DNA of 52,078 nt, the filler included, from Bipalium vagum (Eukaryota), in assembly GCA_037834085.1 (NCBI GenBank). It is 3 parts of 3 records of this genome, joined end to end, with 100 filler letters (N's around TTAATTAATTAA, not from the genome) between each part and the next. Parts side by side here need not be neighbours in the genome. Positions count along the whole stretch, not along the records: positions 35,398 to 52,078 come from JBBMKC010098601.1; 2 more parts are not named here. One strand, given 5' to 3'. The first letter of the stretch is position 1, and each line of letters opens with the position of its first letter. The position numbers were made by a program, and so were the translations under genes. The notes under the pieces were generated by a model. That model made no database searches. It was not told the origin of the DNA and saw nothing but the letters and a program-made list of their open reading frames with translations. Positions 36,958 to 51,249 of this stretch are shown piece by piece.

Positions 36958-37545
36958 TCAGGTTGAGGAATAATTCATGAACGTTTTTTAAATAACTTTA
37001 TTTGAACACAAATTAAAGAAATAATACACAATTTTTTGTAAACGAAATTACAATAAATTATTCAACAATAAAGTTTCAGTTGTTGTTGATAACTTGCTCC
37101 CATCGTTCAATAAATTTGTCAATGCCTTGACGATAAAATTCTTTCGATTTGGATTCAAATAATTCGTCCAACCAAAGGCCGCGCCATTATTGAATGATAT
37201 GCCACGCAACACCTTCGAAAGCGATCGAAAGAGATAAAAATCCGATTGTGCCAAGTCTAGAGAATTTGGGGGATGAGGTAACACTTCCAATTGGAGTTGT
37301 TGAATCGCTGCTATTAATCATATTGGCGATGTGAGTACGAACGTTATCGTGCTCCAGTAGAACTGTTTTGACCAAGCAATTCATGATGGATCCCGGTTCC
37401 ACCATACACTCAACATAATCTTCCGAGGATCTTGTTTTGCTCGAGTAGTTGCATTTTTGTCGGGGCTGAGTCATTCCTTATGCCGCTTCATATTGATGTA
37501 TACGCACCATTTTTTATCTCTAGTAAAGAAAACGATCCTCGTGAC
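36958..37545 (-). mobile_element. Mariner 3' half
   Basis: WCVYINMKR, LLEHDNVRTH, EVLPHPPNSLDLAQSDFYLFRSL; TA + tcaggttgaggaataattcatg terminus. Confidence 0.85.
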
Positions 37546-38068
37546 TCTGTGTTATTATTATTATAATTATATTTATTATTATACATTAGAATTTTTTGTG
37601 AAAAGAAAATTTTTTATTGATTTACCTAAAAATTATTATTGAAATTATTGTTAAAATTAGAAGATTAATTAATAAAAATGTGATCAATTTTGCTACATTA
37701 CCTGGTAAAAGAGTAAAACAAAATATTAAGAAATAAATGCAGTCATTTTTATCATTTTTTCTGAATATTTTTTCAATTAATGTTACAATTAAATTAAAAA
37801 TAAAATTCATTTCGGAAAGTGAATTAATTAAAACAAATTTTTATTATGTTATCGATCAGAAAATTCGTGTAAAATCATTTTCTAATACTTCGAAAGAAAG
37901 CTTAGTGCTATTAATTCTCTTCAAGAAATAATAAGATTTTATAATTCCTATCTTATCTGATATTTCACCCTTTCTGGTCATTTTTCAAACAAGTCATAGT
38001 CCTTAATGATAAAAGGCTGACAAGTTTAGTTTTAGAGAACACTAACCTTAACACATTTATCTTTTATA

Positions 38069-38470
38069 TTAGATTGAAGCACAAGTTCGTTCGTTTTTAA
38101 AATCATTTATTAGTCAATAATATTTAAGCAAAAAGAAAAACATTTATTTCATGATAAACAAAAAGATCCACCATTATTTACACCTTTTTCCCATCGTTAT
38201 ACCAATTTGCTGATCCCGATTTTGCCAAAATTGCACTGGTCTGGAATCAAAGTAATTTTCAATCAATTCTTCATATCCTCATCATTGTTGAATGCTAAGT
38301 TGCGCATTTGGTTAGAAAGCGAAAGAACAATATTGAAATCTGACGGAATCAGGTCCAGATTGTACTGAGGATGAGCTAAAACCCCTCAACCGAGTGCCTG
38401 CATGGTCGTCTTTGTGAGCTGTGCTGTGAGTGGTCGGGCGTTATTGTACTGCAAAATTACTGGTCCTTAG
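38069..38470 (-). mobile_element. Mariner 3' fragment
   Basis: QYNNARPLTA..VLAHPQYNLDLIPSDF; TA + ttagattgaagcacaagttcg terminus. Confidence 0.8.
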
Positions 38471-39367
38471 GATGTTCTCATTCAAGTGCTTAAAAATAGT
38501 ACTTAGATCAAAAGGAAGAAGTAATATAGATGTCTTTTAAGTCGTTGTAGAATAAATAATTCAACTTTTCTAATATTTTATTGATTTTTCGAAGACTTCT
38601 TTTTCATATTTGCTGTAAATTGTTTTAATAAAAATTCAGTGCCGAAACGAGGTCGAAGGTTAATATCAGTAAATCAGCATATATCTTCAATTCTTTTTCA
38701 ACACTATTATCCATGTTGACATAAATAAAATTCAAAAACGGTTACGATACTTATATTAATTAAACTGCAACACATTACAATGGTCCATTACTGATATATT
38801 TTTTTAATACAATAAAATAAGGTTTTACATGCTCAGTCAGCAATGGATAGAGTATTCTGAAGTAAGGAACCTTATATGAGATAAGTACAGCAGAAGCTGA
38901 TAAAAGCTAATGGTACAATATAAAAATATATTCAATATTCACTCTGGAGGGTGAATTTGACTTAAATGATTGTTTGTACAGTCAAATTTCTTTTGTTGCT
39001 TGGACAGATAAATGGAATGACAATTATCAAAATAGGGCTATCAATTAGGGTGAAGATTTTGATCTTTCTGTCAAAAATTATTAAACAGAATTATTAAACT
39101 AAAGAATCGGTGAATAAAGGTACTATGAAGATATCAGAACAGATAAAATGTATTTTAGATAAAGTTTTTGAGACTTCAGACTTTTGATTTAAAATCGGAC
39201 ATTTCATCTTATACTGGAATGATATAAACAAATCTTAACGTTTGTGCACAGTGCTCTACCGAAATACAATTGGATAATCATCTTTCAAACATTATTATTT
39301 ATTAAATTATTCATTGAAAGTGAGTCTTTTTAACAATAGTTTCTTTCTTTAATAATTAGTATAAATA

Positions 39368-40600
39368 CAGGATCTTCCAAAAGAAGCTTTACTACTTTAA
39401 GTCCCTATTCCTTCGTACATAAAAATTAAAAAGCCAAGTATTTTTATTTATACCTTTATTTAAACACAGATATTACAAAAATTATATTTTAAATATGATA
39501 TCATTAAAATGACCGTCTCTGACAGCCTTACAAGTTTGGGTTATTTTTCTGGAATTTTGCATCTTTGAGTTGTGTAATAGATTTTGGTTGATTAATATAA
39601 ACTTTATCTTTTAGATATCCCCATAAGAAATAGTCTGGAGCCGTCAAATCGGAAGGTCTGGGAGGCTAATCAACATCACCGAAACGTGAGATCACACCAG
39701 ATGGAAAAGTTTCGTGTAATAATGCAATTGTTTTTCTATTCATATGAGATGTGGTACCATCTTGCTGAAAGTAAATATTCTCCACATTAAACTCAGTCAG
39801 GCTTAAAGATTTTTTCTATCATATGTCAATATCTCTCTCCCGTTAATGTAACTGTTTTACCTGCAGCATTTTCGAAAAAGTATTTAATTACAAAAGTATT
39901 TAATTACACCTCTTGCCCATATTCCACACCATTCAGTAACTTTTGGCGAATGTAATGGTTCTTTCTTCAAAACACAGGGTTGCTTTGTTGCCCAAATTCA
40001 ACAATTTTGTGTATTAAAAACACCTTCACTCAAGTGAAAATGACTTTCAGTAGTCATAATGATTTTTTTCCAAAAATGAGGATCTGCAATTGATCTTTCT
40101 AAAAACCAATTACAATAATTCAGGCGACTTTGATGGTCTGATTCTTTAAGCTTCTGAACTACGGTAAGTTTATAGGCTTTCATATGCAAATCTTCATGCA
40201 TTATCCGCGACAATCTGGATTTTGAGAGATTTAATTCCTGTGCTCCATGACTGATTGAGGTTCATTTATTGTCTTCAGTGCTTTCTTGTGTACTTGCAAT
40301 ATTTTCAGGTATAAGTGCAGATCGAGGTCGTTCAGATTTTGGTCTATCTGCTACCGAGCCAAATGCTTCAAAAGCATTAACCAGACTGTAAATTGCTGGT
40401 TTTAATGGACATTTGCTTTTTTTGCATTTAATTTTTTAACGGTTACTGAAATTGAACTACCGCTTTGATAAAATATTTTGACTATTCATATTTCATTTTC
40501 AAATGTTTAGTTAGAATATGTTAATATTAAATTTACTTAAACAAAAATTATTTAGTATTTAATATGTTAAAAGTAGTAAAGCTTCTTTTGGAAGACCCTG
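39368..40600 (-). mobile_element. rosa/DD41D element with both TIRs (1233 bp), transposase disrupted
   Basis: ~30-bp TIRs CAGG(A/G)TCTTCCAAAAGAAGCTTTACTACTTT with TA flanks. 41 residues counted between QQD and APD(YFLWGYLK); KAYKLTVVQKL..RLNYCNW..ESHFHL. Confidence 0.92.
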
Positions 40601-41365
40601 TATTAAGTAAAGATAAACCGAAAAAAATAATTTATTCAAAATATTTTTCGGCAAAGATTAAATTAGTCCACATTTATAGTTATCACTCGTTATAAGTTTG
40701 AAATATATTCTTTGTAGGTTTGGTTGGGCTTTATTAAATGTCATTTTTATTACTTGGTAAAATGTATTTTATTAATTCGACACCCGTGCATTACGCAGAA
40801 TATCAGATTAACAGGATCAAGAAGCTGGCTACTCAACTGAAATACATTAAAGCTTCAATTGCTCAACATTGTCTCAAATTATAATGATAGCTGAGAAGGA
40901 TAATTGTTTCCATGTTTTCGTTCCAAGTTATTTGATATTTTTATTTTGATATTTTTACTTTTATTTAATTAAATTAATTAATTTAATAATTAACTTTTCA
41001 TATCTATAGAAAAGTAAATTTTTATAGTATCATAGTAACGTGATCCCATTCCCTTTTCCGAATTTTCATTAATATTATTAAATTTTTTTAATTAAAATCT
41101 CATTTTATATTAATATATAAAAATAATTTTATTTTTATTAGTACTCTGATATTTATTTAATATATCCATTCACTCATTTAATTTGCAATTTAGTGTCTTT
41201 TAATGATTTTTCCTTTCATAAATCAATGCCGCTATAAATTACAAAGAAATTAATTTAAATTATTTAACAAAATTAGATAATTTAATTTAATGATAAAAGA
41301 GAGAGAGAATTCATTAGAAATATAGAAAAAAATAAAATAACTGTTTGAAGTAATTAAAATATATA

Positions 41366-41609
41366 CCGTGTTTTAACCGGATTAACATATGGGTTCTTTA
41401 CTTTCCAGATTTAGTGAACGTGTGGTCAACGCTTTTCACCTATTTGTTCCATTGTTTCCATAACAAATTATTTAAATGGATGCTTAACAGAGAATAACCG
41501 AGAGGCTGTGGTTTCGATGTTTAATAGAGTTATTTAAACAAATTTCATTTCTTATTTTATTATATAAACGGACAATTATGTGATGCGGGTTATACACGCG
41601 GAAATACGG
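41366..41609. mobile_element. Degenerate Tc2/pogo-like MITE
   Basis: Ends ta-ccgtgttt and ttatacacgcggaaatacgg (CCGTATTT-type termini); imperfect match. Confidence 0.4.
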
Positions 41610-41729
41610 TTTTTTTAAACTTCATTTCACACTATTACTGAACTCTAGGGTTACTTTTAAAAATTATATGAATAAAATATTATGATTATAATAAAAAATA
41701 ATCTTTTTTTTTAAAAATGCTTGATAGCA

Positions 41730-42209
41730 TCGTTTACAGAAAGAATGCGGTGCCTATTTCTTTGATTGTTCCTGTTATTTTTACTTTAAATGTTAGATGG
41801 TAAGCTTTTCCTAATGCTGTTGATATATTTCTGCCATATTTTTGGGACTGAACAAGCCCCATATAACAGAACAAATTTGCGCTTTTATTGCATGACCGTT
41901 TGGAATTATATTTTTTTAGCATTATAATCTACAATAGAAAAGATTTGATAATATTTAAATGCATTGAAGACATAGACTGTTAGTTAAATAATTATAGAAG
42001 TTAAACACAAGTATACAATCTTATAGTACGATTTATTAAGGAATGTGAATTTGACGTAAATTCAATATATCGATTTTGATAGTTTTTGGTCTATATCTAG
42101 TAAATAAGAATAGATATGAAAGATAGGACTGCAGATTCGTAATCAGTGTATAATTTTCACTTATACAATGTTTATTTTATGTAAGTGATTTTCCCCATGT
42201 CGGGTAGTG
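41730..42209 (-). mobile_element. Chapaev3-like (CMC) transposon 5' relic
   Basis: RSCNKSANLFCYMG..RNISTALGKAYHLTFKVKI resembles the CxNxPxxFCYICG..KAY..YF N-terminus; CAC terminus at 42209. Confidence 0.55.
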
Positions 42210-44899
42210 TTGTTAGTCGGAAATGACGTCATAATTTCAGCTTTGAATATTAGAAGAATTGTGAAGGAAGTATGGTTTGCCTTTTCAGTTATATTTCTCA
42301 GTGTTTTCGAGATAGATCAGCTTTTTGGAGATTCTGTAGAGATGTGATAGTATTATTATATCAAGTTATTATATCATTATATATATATTCATTGTACAAC
42401 TTACAGTTTCATGTTTGATAAAGCTGTATTTTGACCAACCATTTGCTTTAACTTTTACAGTGATATTTTTTATTTTTTCATTTTTTGAAAATGAAAATAA
42501 ATCGTTGGTTGGAAGGTGAAAGAAGATGAAAGACTTTAGCCACATCCGGAACTAGTTCTCGAAATGCAGCTGGTAATTACTTTACTCACATCTTCTTCGA
42601 GAACATCTTTCCTATTACTAATAATCCTTGTTTCCTCCAAAAATATCATTAATATTGTTAGTTGCGTTATGAACAAAACCAGTTATAGTTTCAAAGACAT
42701 ATTTTTGAATGTTTTTCAAAACAATAATACTTAAACAAATTCCCCATTCTTAATAATTAATATTTATTGTGCCATTAAAGTTTTATAAAAATCAAACTTT
42801 TATCAGACTTTTATATAACAGAATTCATTTCAATAAAATTATTTTAAAATAAATATTAACATAAATTTCTAACTAATAAAATGTAAATTAGGAACAATAT
42901 ATATAAAAATTCAAAAATTAGAAATCCGTTTAAATACACACAAATGTAACAATTCACAGTATGTTCAAAAAGTTACGGGACAGCGCTGAAAAATTATTGT
43001 TAAAAACTTTAAATGTGAAATATAACGTTAAGAATTGTTAACACATAATTTCAACGAAATGCCCTAAAAATGTCGTGTAATTCACTTAAGTTATTGATTA
43101 AATGCATCAATTCTAATTTATAATCAATATATAATATACTATAATATAAAATAATAAATAACAAACAAAAAAATCAATTTTTTAGACTTCGAAAATTAAA
43201 AAAAATTCTTTTAGCAGATTTTTTTTATTTAATTATATTTTTTATTTAATCTTTTAGAGGAATTCTGCTGATTAAAATCCAAACTTTGTCGACATCATCA
43301 ATCTTTTACAAATTTAATGGATCCAATTATATTAATTATATTTAACATGACTTCGGACATTAAAAGCTGATTTGTCATTGATAAAAATTCAATAAAATTA
43401 AAGATAACCTTTTCCAGACATATCAGGAATTGAAATGATTGTCAGAAACGAAAAATATGTTAACTGGAAAAATAATCAAAACATAATATTTTATTATTAT
43501 CATTTTTACAGGGTTTACACCTTAATTTAAATTCATTAAACTTTAATTTAACTTTTTAAAATTTTCATATTTAAGGTTGATACATTTTTAAAGTATATTT
43601 AAATTTTGCACAATGTATTTCGATGACTAAATTGGACAACTCCATACGAGAAATTATAATTTAAAAATAAAGTGATAATAAGCACCAGAAGCAAATATCC
43701 GAGGAATTAGAGATTAATAAAAATACAGTAGCATCTGTTATTAATCTTTATAAAAAAGAAGATAGGAAACCTAAACAAAAAAACGGGTGAAATATGAAAA
43801 TTTATACAGGATTGCATTGAGGAAGACCTTGAAAAGTATAGCTCAGAGAATCAAAGACAAATTCGGAATTACGGCGACAATTACACCAATTAACAAATCT
43901 ATCAATAATATGCACTACTAATTTAAGAGAGCGGTTTTAATACCATAATAACTATACTTATTATTTTTATTATTGATATTACTATTACTTAATATTTTAT
44001 TATTTAATACTTTTTTTGGATTTTATACGTCAGAAACGTTAATTAATATTCACAACTCCGAAAATTAATTTAATAAAAATTTTATAAAATGTCATCACCA
44101 CTAATACACCTGGTCACATTTATCTAACACCTAAAATCACCGTGCCACAAACCATTAACAAAAGATTTATAAATTAGATATATAAAGACCACATTGTGGA
44201 TCTTAATCAAATCTTTGTAGCAAAGGTTACAATTAAATTAATACAGCAAAAGGTCAGTGTTACAACCGATGTCGAATTCGATTAAAGGATTGTCAAGTAT
44301 TTTTACAGTATCAAGAGAGTTGATTAAAACAACTTTGGCAAAAGAGATTCTTGTGCTATGGATGCCAATAATTTATCAAAAAGGGGTGGTTAAAGAATCA
44401 TGAGAATCCACTGAGACATTCATAAATCATTGTACAATTATTATTCAGGATCAGTCTTGTGCTGTAACAAATAAGATTAGATTGTTAAAATATTATTCGG
44501 TTTTAAAGAACCTTTCACCTTTAGAAGATCAATATTTAATTTATGATCTTGTGTAAGGGTTTTAATAAATAAATTTATTAATTATTTATTTAAAATAGAC
44601 ATTTCAACAATTTGTTGGACAAATTAATCAATAATGTAATATCCACCTGTATTTATAACAAATTTAAGTTATTTTTCGAACTTGAATTGACCTTCGGAAT
44701 ATAGTAATAAAAATAACCAAACATGTGTCAGTCTTCAGTTAAGGGGTAAAAAATAGATTTTTGAAATTTTGTTCTTTGGTATTGAATTTTGAAGACTTTT
44801 TGACTTCAGAAAAATTACTGAGATTTCATAGAAAACTGGTGGATCTTTCAAATAAAAAGCTTTTTTGAATAATAAAAATAGTATGGTAAAATAAACTAA

Positions 44900-45578
44900 T
44901 ACGGTGCGACAAAAAATTACTTCCGCACTTACAAATACGATGATATATCGTGTTAAATGTATATAATATACAGTCTACAGTTCGAAGACTAATATGAAAA
45001 TGTCAGGAAACTTGATCAGTTGCAAATCTCATGAAATCATGGAGGAAACGTTCCAGTCGGACAGACCAAGAAGTCATTTCTGTGGAAAATAATGTAAATG
45101 CGAATCCTACAAATTTGATTAGCCAGTGTTGTCAAGACTACATATTTCGGCAACTTCCTTATTTCGAATTTTAATGGAAAATCTACATAAGCATGTCTAC
45201 AAGACTCACCTCATGGAAAAGATTAAAGCATTAGATACTAAGAAGCGAATGAGATTTGCTGACTGGCTTTCACAATGATATCTTTCTATTCGTTTGTGAA
45301 ATCAAATGTGTACCCCTGTAAACCAGTCACAATTATGTAACTCACAAACGAAATCATACTTGTGATCGGAGATATTGAACCAAATATCTGCGAATCTGTT
45401 ATTAACAATTTTGAGAAACGTATAACCACCTGTAAGCTTAGGGTGATCATGTGCCCGATATTGTTTTTCATATATAAATGTTCCTGATTATGCTTTTGTA
45501 ACAATGTATTTGTTTTTATGGATTTTTGATTTATATGTTAACTTTTTAAATTCGGCTTTACTTATAGAACACCGTGTA
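44900..45578 (+). mobile_element. Internally deleted rosa-like element
   Basis: HISATSLFRILMENLHKHVYKTHLMEKIKALDTKKRMRFADW joined to C-terminal KSNVYPCKP..NFEKRITTC; terminus ..tagaacaccgtg-TA. Confidence 0.65.
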
Positions 45579-45949
45579 TAGCTAGAGTTGGTAACTAACA
45601 GGAATATGTAAGCTCATACCACATAAGTACGGAATATTATTGAATTAACACTTAAAATTTATAATACAAACGATTTAATGACAGAGAAAATAAAAACTGA
45701 AGTAAGTGACGTGAACATTATTTCTTGACACACTTCGAAAAAGGGATTTTAAACAGGGAAAGTGAAAAAATTTACCAAATGTCAATTGCTATTAATTAAT
45801 GGTACATTTGTGATTATTTGTAACTTGAGACATTTTTCGATGTAGAACTCATCTCGTTTTCCATGTCTTTCTCAAAATGAAGAGTCGCAGATTTCAGTTC
45901 TTCTGTGAACTGGAATTGTCTTCTGCTTTGATAAACTTTACTGACAAGT

Positions 45950-46660
45950 AGTCCCCATAGTTTCTTTTCGATTAATGCTTAGTAAATATATGGATTTTTT
46001 TTCTTGGAAAAAGTGAATCTGACCAGGTATTCTGCTAAAAATATAATTATCACCGTTGTATTTCTTCGGAAAAAGAACAATGAAACAAAGATTAGAGTTG
46101 ACTTTCAATAGAAAAAGAAACATGCACAGATCATTAAGAAAGCAGCTTTAGTATACCTTTGCTATTAAACCAATTCTATTTTCTCAAATCGTTACAATAG
46201 TACTCAAAATCATTTGGTCCGTCTGGATGAAATTTCTTCTCGTCAATTCATATCATATTTTTCCAATGATTATCCCAATCGATTTTGTCTTTAACCCAAA
46301 ACAATCTCTGCTTTTAGTTTTACGATTTAATTTGAGGTTTTACTTTCATTTTTTAAAACCCAATGATATCACAGTTACTTTAAATCTGTTTAATGGTTTC
46401 TGGAACATTAAAATCCAAATTGCTTTTCATACTTTCAATACTGGCTGCTTTATTACTTGGTTCACGGATAATTAAACTCCTTGTTTCAAAAGAGACCTTT
46501 TATATTTCGGAAGACGCTTCTTCAGTCGACCTCCAATACTCTTGAAAAAAAATATCCGATGGAGCTTTCATTCTTTCCTATCTCATTTCCTACACATCTT
46601 AGTAGGTTCCAGCTATACATCTCTCTTTTTCTGTCATCTTGTTACTTATTGACATTCTCT
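45950..46660 (-). mobile_element. Tc3-like DD34E transposase relic
   Basis: WKNMI*IDEKKFHPDGPNDFEYYCNDLRK matches the Tc3 motif DEKKFNLDGPDG..YYWxDLRK. Confidence 0.75.
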
Positions 46661-46738
46661 ACAATGTAAATTACAAAATATACTTTAAACATTTTACACA
46701 CTTTCTGTAAGAGCAAATCAAAAACTACTTTACAATTA

Positions 46739-47139
46739 CAGTGCAACTTCTATTTTTGGACCACCTTTGAAATTTTGTGGTCCAATATTAGAAGTTAAGA
46801 TATAAAAGGGCTATAAAACATGTTTTATATGAACTTGCGTGGATGTAATAATAGAAATAGGAAGATTCTTTATTGCGAAGTTGCTTGGCAATATTATATT
46901 TATCTTCATATGATAAATTTTTACTCATTCCCCATTTTGAAAATGTTATACCAAAATATTATTAAAACAAATTATTCAATTTTTAAACAAATTATTGAAT
47001 TTTTGGACCAGGAATTTTATTTTTTATTTGAAAATATCGAGAAATATGATAAGTACAAATTATTGGTCCAAATTTGGAGTTTGGTCCGATTAGAGAAGTG
47101 GTCCATTTCAGAAATTGGTCCAAAATAGAAGTTGCGCTG
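46739..47139. mobile_element. 401-bp pogo/Tigger-like MITE
   Basis: TIRs CAGTGCAACTTCTATTTTTGGACCA / TGGTCCAAAATAGAAGTTGCGCTG; TA at left; repeated internal TGGTCC motifs. Confidence 0.85.
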
Positions 47140-48172
47140 AAAATATTCTTTTATTTACTAATTATTTAATAAATTTAGCTTGAAATTGGTGCGAAAATAA
47201 ATTTGAATTATTTAAACAAATATGATTTTAAATATGAGTCATTGATATCATCAACAGAAATTGGTATAAAAGTTGCTTACGCTCTAGGGACATCATAAAA
47301 ATTTTTAAAAATTAAAAAAATAATTTTATAATTAAGTCTAACATTTCATTTGATTCGACATTTTATCATATTATTCTGTGCGCACATCTGATCAATTTTA
47401 TGATAGTGACTTTTCAGGTGTTTGATCCTTTGGTATATTGAACGGGATTTTATTGTACGACGTTTGAATTTTTAATAAAGTTTTTTTGTGATTACTTTGA
47501 TTCAATTAGGGTGCGGATAAAGTTTTATTGTGGGGTTTTGATTCAAATTGAGTTTTAATTTGTGCAGCTACAATAGTAAAACGAACACAACTTTGTGTAG
47601 TGAGGAGTTATTGATTTACGAGTGAAAGCTACTTTGTTAAAGTATAATAGTAACATGGTGTTAAAATTTTTATCGCATTGTATTTAAGATTATGTTATAA
47701 AACCAGCGAGAATTATATTCCAACCAAATATGTTTACATTATGATGAGTGTTTAAAAGTAATGAGAACTAATACACCCCCTAGAAAATTTCAGGAAAAGT
47801 CAACAAAAACCCTCCCTTTCAGCTGCCAATTGTTTCCTCTTTCTTTTATCTGTTACAGACAGATAATTCGTCCCATTCTTTTTCAAAGTGAACCCTTTAA
47901 TTGTGTCAATGATCAAATTAAATTAGTGGTATATAAAATAAAAAATTGATTATTATAAATTTTTTTCATTTTATTTTTTGAAATTATTTAGTTTTTTTTA
48001 TTATGACTATTTATTGATTGTTTTCCTTGGACAAATAATTTTTCTATAATAATAATTATCAAACTTCCTGTAATATTTAAACGATATTAAGCCTTTCCAT
48101 CCATTATGATATTTGTTTTAATATTTATTTCTATAAATTTCTAATAATTAAAGTATTCCTTTTATTTTAGAT

Positions 48173-48184
48173 TTATTATTATTA

Positions 48185-48223
<39 letters not shown>

Positions 48224-48240
48224 TTTATTTTTATTATTTA
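48173..48240. repeat. (TTA)n microsatellite
   Basis: tta runs with T tracts. Confidence 0.9.
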
Positions 48241-50870
48241 AAAATTTTTTTTCCTCGATATGACATAGAAATTATGTCGTTATAACTTATTTATTATTTA
48301 TTAATTATATATATTATTAATCATGTAATATAAGTATAACAATTTAATTTAGTTTTCTAAAAGAGGATAGAAAAATCTATCTTTTTGTTTCATATTTTTG
48401 TTTTATATATACAATATAACTTATTAATTGTTTGATATTAATATATCTATCATTTGTTTTAATTATATAATTTGATAATTTAAACAAACTATCATTTTCA
48501 ATTTTTATTATGATTATTATTATATTACTACACTATTATATTATATCATTAATAAATTATCATTTCTCTTTCATCAAATTACTTACAACACCAAATCATA
48601 TTATAATTTTATAGAAATTATTATATAATGAATAAAAATAAAATCTGTCTTCCTGAAGAATGCTGAACCATCAACCTTCCTGTTATATTTGCTATTTATT
48701 AATTGTTGTGTGACATTAAATCAGGTGTATTATATTATTTATCGTAATTAATTTTTTATTCAATTAAATGAATAATTTCATCTTTCCCCAAAGTGGCTTC
48801 ATGAAATGTGCCTTACCATTAAACATTGAAAATATCTATTGTCGATTTCGGTAAAAAGAAAATGGAAAAAATCGCTGTTATTTTTCATTTCCGGAAATTA
48901 AAAGCCAAAGAGATGGTGGAGAAATTCGTCGGAATCCTTTCAGGTCGGTGAAACAGGTCTCGGTTATTTGTGGGCAAAGTCTAAATGTATGATAAACAAA
49001 TAATTGAATAATATTCAGTGAATAGTCACTTGGGCAATTTTGTTAATAATTATTATTATTTATTATTATTTAGTGGAGATAATTATAATTTTTCCTGGCG
49101 ATGATCTTCTTTAGGAAAAATAATCTCATTCTCTGAGCATCTGATTTCAGCTCTTCGGAATAGACTCGGGAAAGAATGGAAGAATTGTAAAAGAAGGTAT
49201 TTATCAATTTAGGAATTGAAACGGATATTGATATTCAATATCATCTACTTTCCTAAATGAATATTTGGTCATCTTTCTTTTTTTGTAATGGAATATTAAT
49301 TAATAAATTCTTTAATTCTAATGGGAACGTTTTCAAGCAAAATGGCAGAAAGGATTTCAATTAATGTGGTTACTTAAAATTTAATTAATTTTTCTTATTT
49401 AATATTGTTATAATGAAAACCAGGTTTATTAATAAGCCTAAATATAATTAAATAAAAAATAATAATAATATTATTATTATTATTCCTTTCTATATTGTGT
49501 AATTATAGTTGTAAAGTCAATATCATTATATTATCATCAAGCAAAATAATAGCAGGAAAATATCGTGACATAAAATTAATTAAAAATATTTTTGTTTATA
49601 TTATTAAACTGGTGACAGATAGGTCCGTAGTTCTCATTTTCATTAATAAAATAAAATTGGAAGTGAATAAAATAAATAATATTTTTTTATATAATAAAAA
49701 ATATTTTTTTATATTATTAAATTACCGTTTACTATAATTGTGTAAACCGTAATTTATTAATAATAATTCCCCTGTGACCTGTTTTGATACTAAAATTAAA
49801 ATATTTAAATTAACTGAATAAATAAATATATTATATAATTGAATAAAAGATGAAAATCACAAAAAAATCGATTTTAAATTAATGTCAAATCTATTTTTTT
49901 ATTCAATATGACAGGTTTGTCATTTGATAATAAATCGTTAAATAAATCGTAATTTTATATTATTTTTTTAAAAGCATTTTTTATTTTTTTTATATTAAAA
50001 ATAATATAAATAAATATATTTATCGGGTAAAATATTGAAGAAAATTATATAAAATAAACGATATAAATTTAAAATCATTAATTTTGTTTTAATGAAATGT
50101 TTAAATGAGAAAAACTGGATATTGTCGAAGTCATATTCTTGGAATAACCATTGACGATTCAGACCTCACCTTTTGATCTGTGATTTGTATGAAGCCTTGA
50201 CAACGTGATTCTTGATACAACCAAAACCAACCTCACCATGAACCTCTTACGATATAATTTTGCATTTTTCAACGAACATTTGCATTAAAATCGATTTTTG
50301 ATTTGTGTTAATCTTTTTATTGTTTTAGTTCATTGTGACTTACAATGAGTTAAAACTGAATCAACATTTTATTAAACAAAGATATTTAACTATAACAATG
50401 TAGGCAAACCAATTTCTGAAGACGTTTTATTTTAAAATAAATAATAAATCAACTTTTATATATTGCCATAAAATCATTAAAAAATATTATTCCAAATTTT
50501 GAGCTCTTTTTTATTTTACTCCAATTCTAAAATCGATAATAGTTGGTTCGACATCCTCATAATAAAATAAATGAAATGATCAATACGAATTTATTAATCG
50601 ATAATAAATCAAATCAAATTCAATTGTTACTCGATTCCAATATTGTCTTTTTTATTTTGGAATTCGTAATTTCAATCGGTTGGGAATTTGATCCTCAAAG
50701 CTTGTTTTCTACTCACTGAATTTTCAGTTTTCTTAATTTTCTTAATTCTCAGAATTGAGAACATTTTATTAATTTCCTCAGCTTACTAAATTTTTAATTC
50801 TCGCTCAGTTCCTTTTTACTCAGGCACCTTTGTTAACTTAAACTTCGTTAGCCCTTGAATTTCATATCTA

Positions 50871-51240
50871 TACTCACGAAAAAAAATAAAAAGCACCCTA
50901 AAATCAAAAAACATTTATTATGAATACAAACATGCAATACATATCTATACATAAAAATTAGTAATGAGTATGGCCACCTTTATTTGGTGACACATTCACT
51001 TGGTCTGTTTGGCATTGATAAAATCAGTTTGTCAAGCTCTTCAGTATTAATCAAATCCCACTGCCCAAGAAGTCTATTTTGAAGCTGTTGTAACGTAGCG
51101 GGAGGAAATTCATAAGCCGATGATATTCGGCGACCTAGAATATACCACACATGTTCGATTGGGTTAAGGTCAGGAGATCTGGCTGGCCAAGGTAGTAAAT
51201 CAACTCCAGCGGATTTCAAGTGTTGCATGGTAACGGAGGC
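50871..51240 (-). mobile_element. Tc1 DD34E transposase 3' fragment
   Basis: LLPWPARSPDLNPIEHVW..LILSMPNR; TIR-like tactcacgaaaaaaaataaaagcaccc. Confidence 0.88.
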
Positions 51241-51249
51241 TACAATTAT

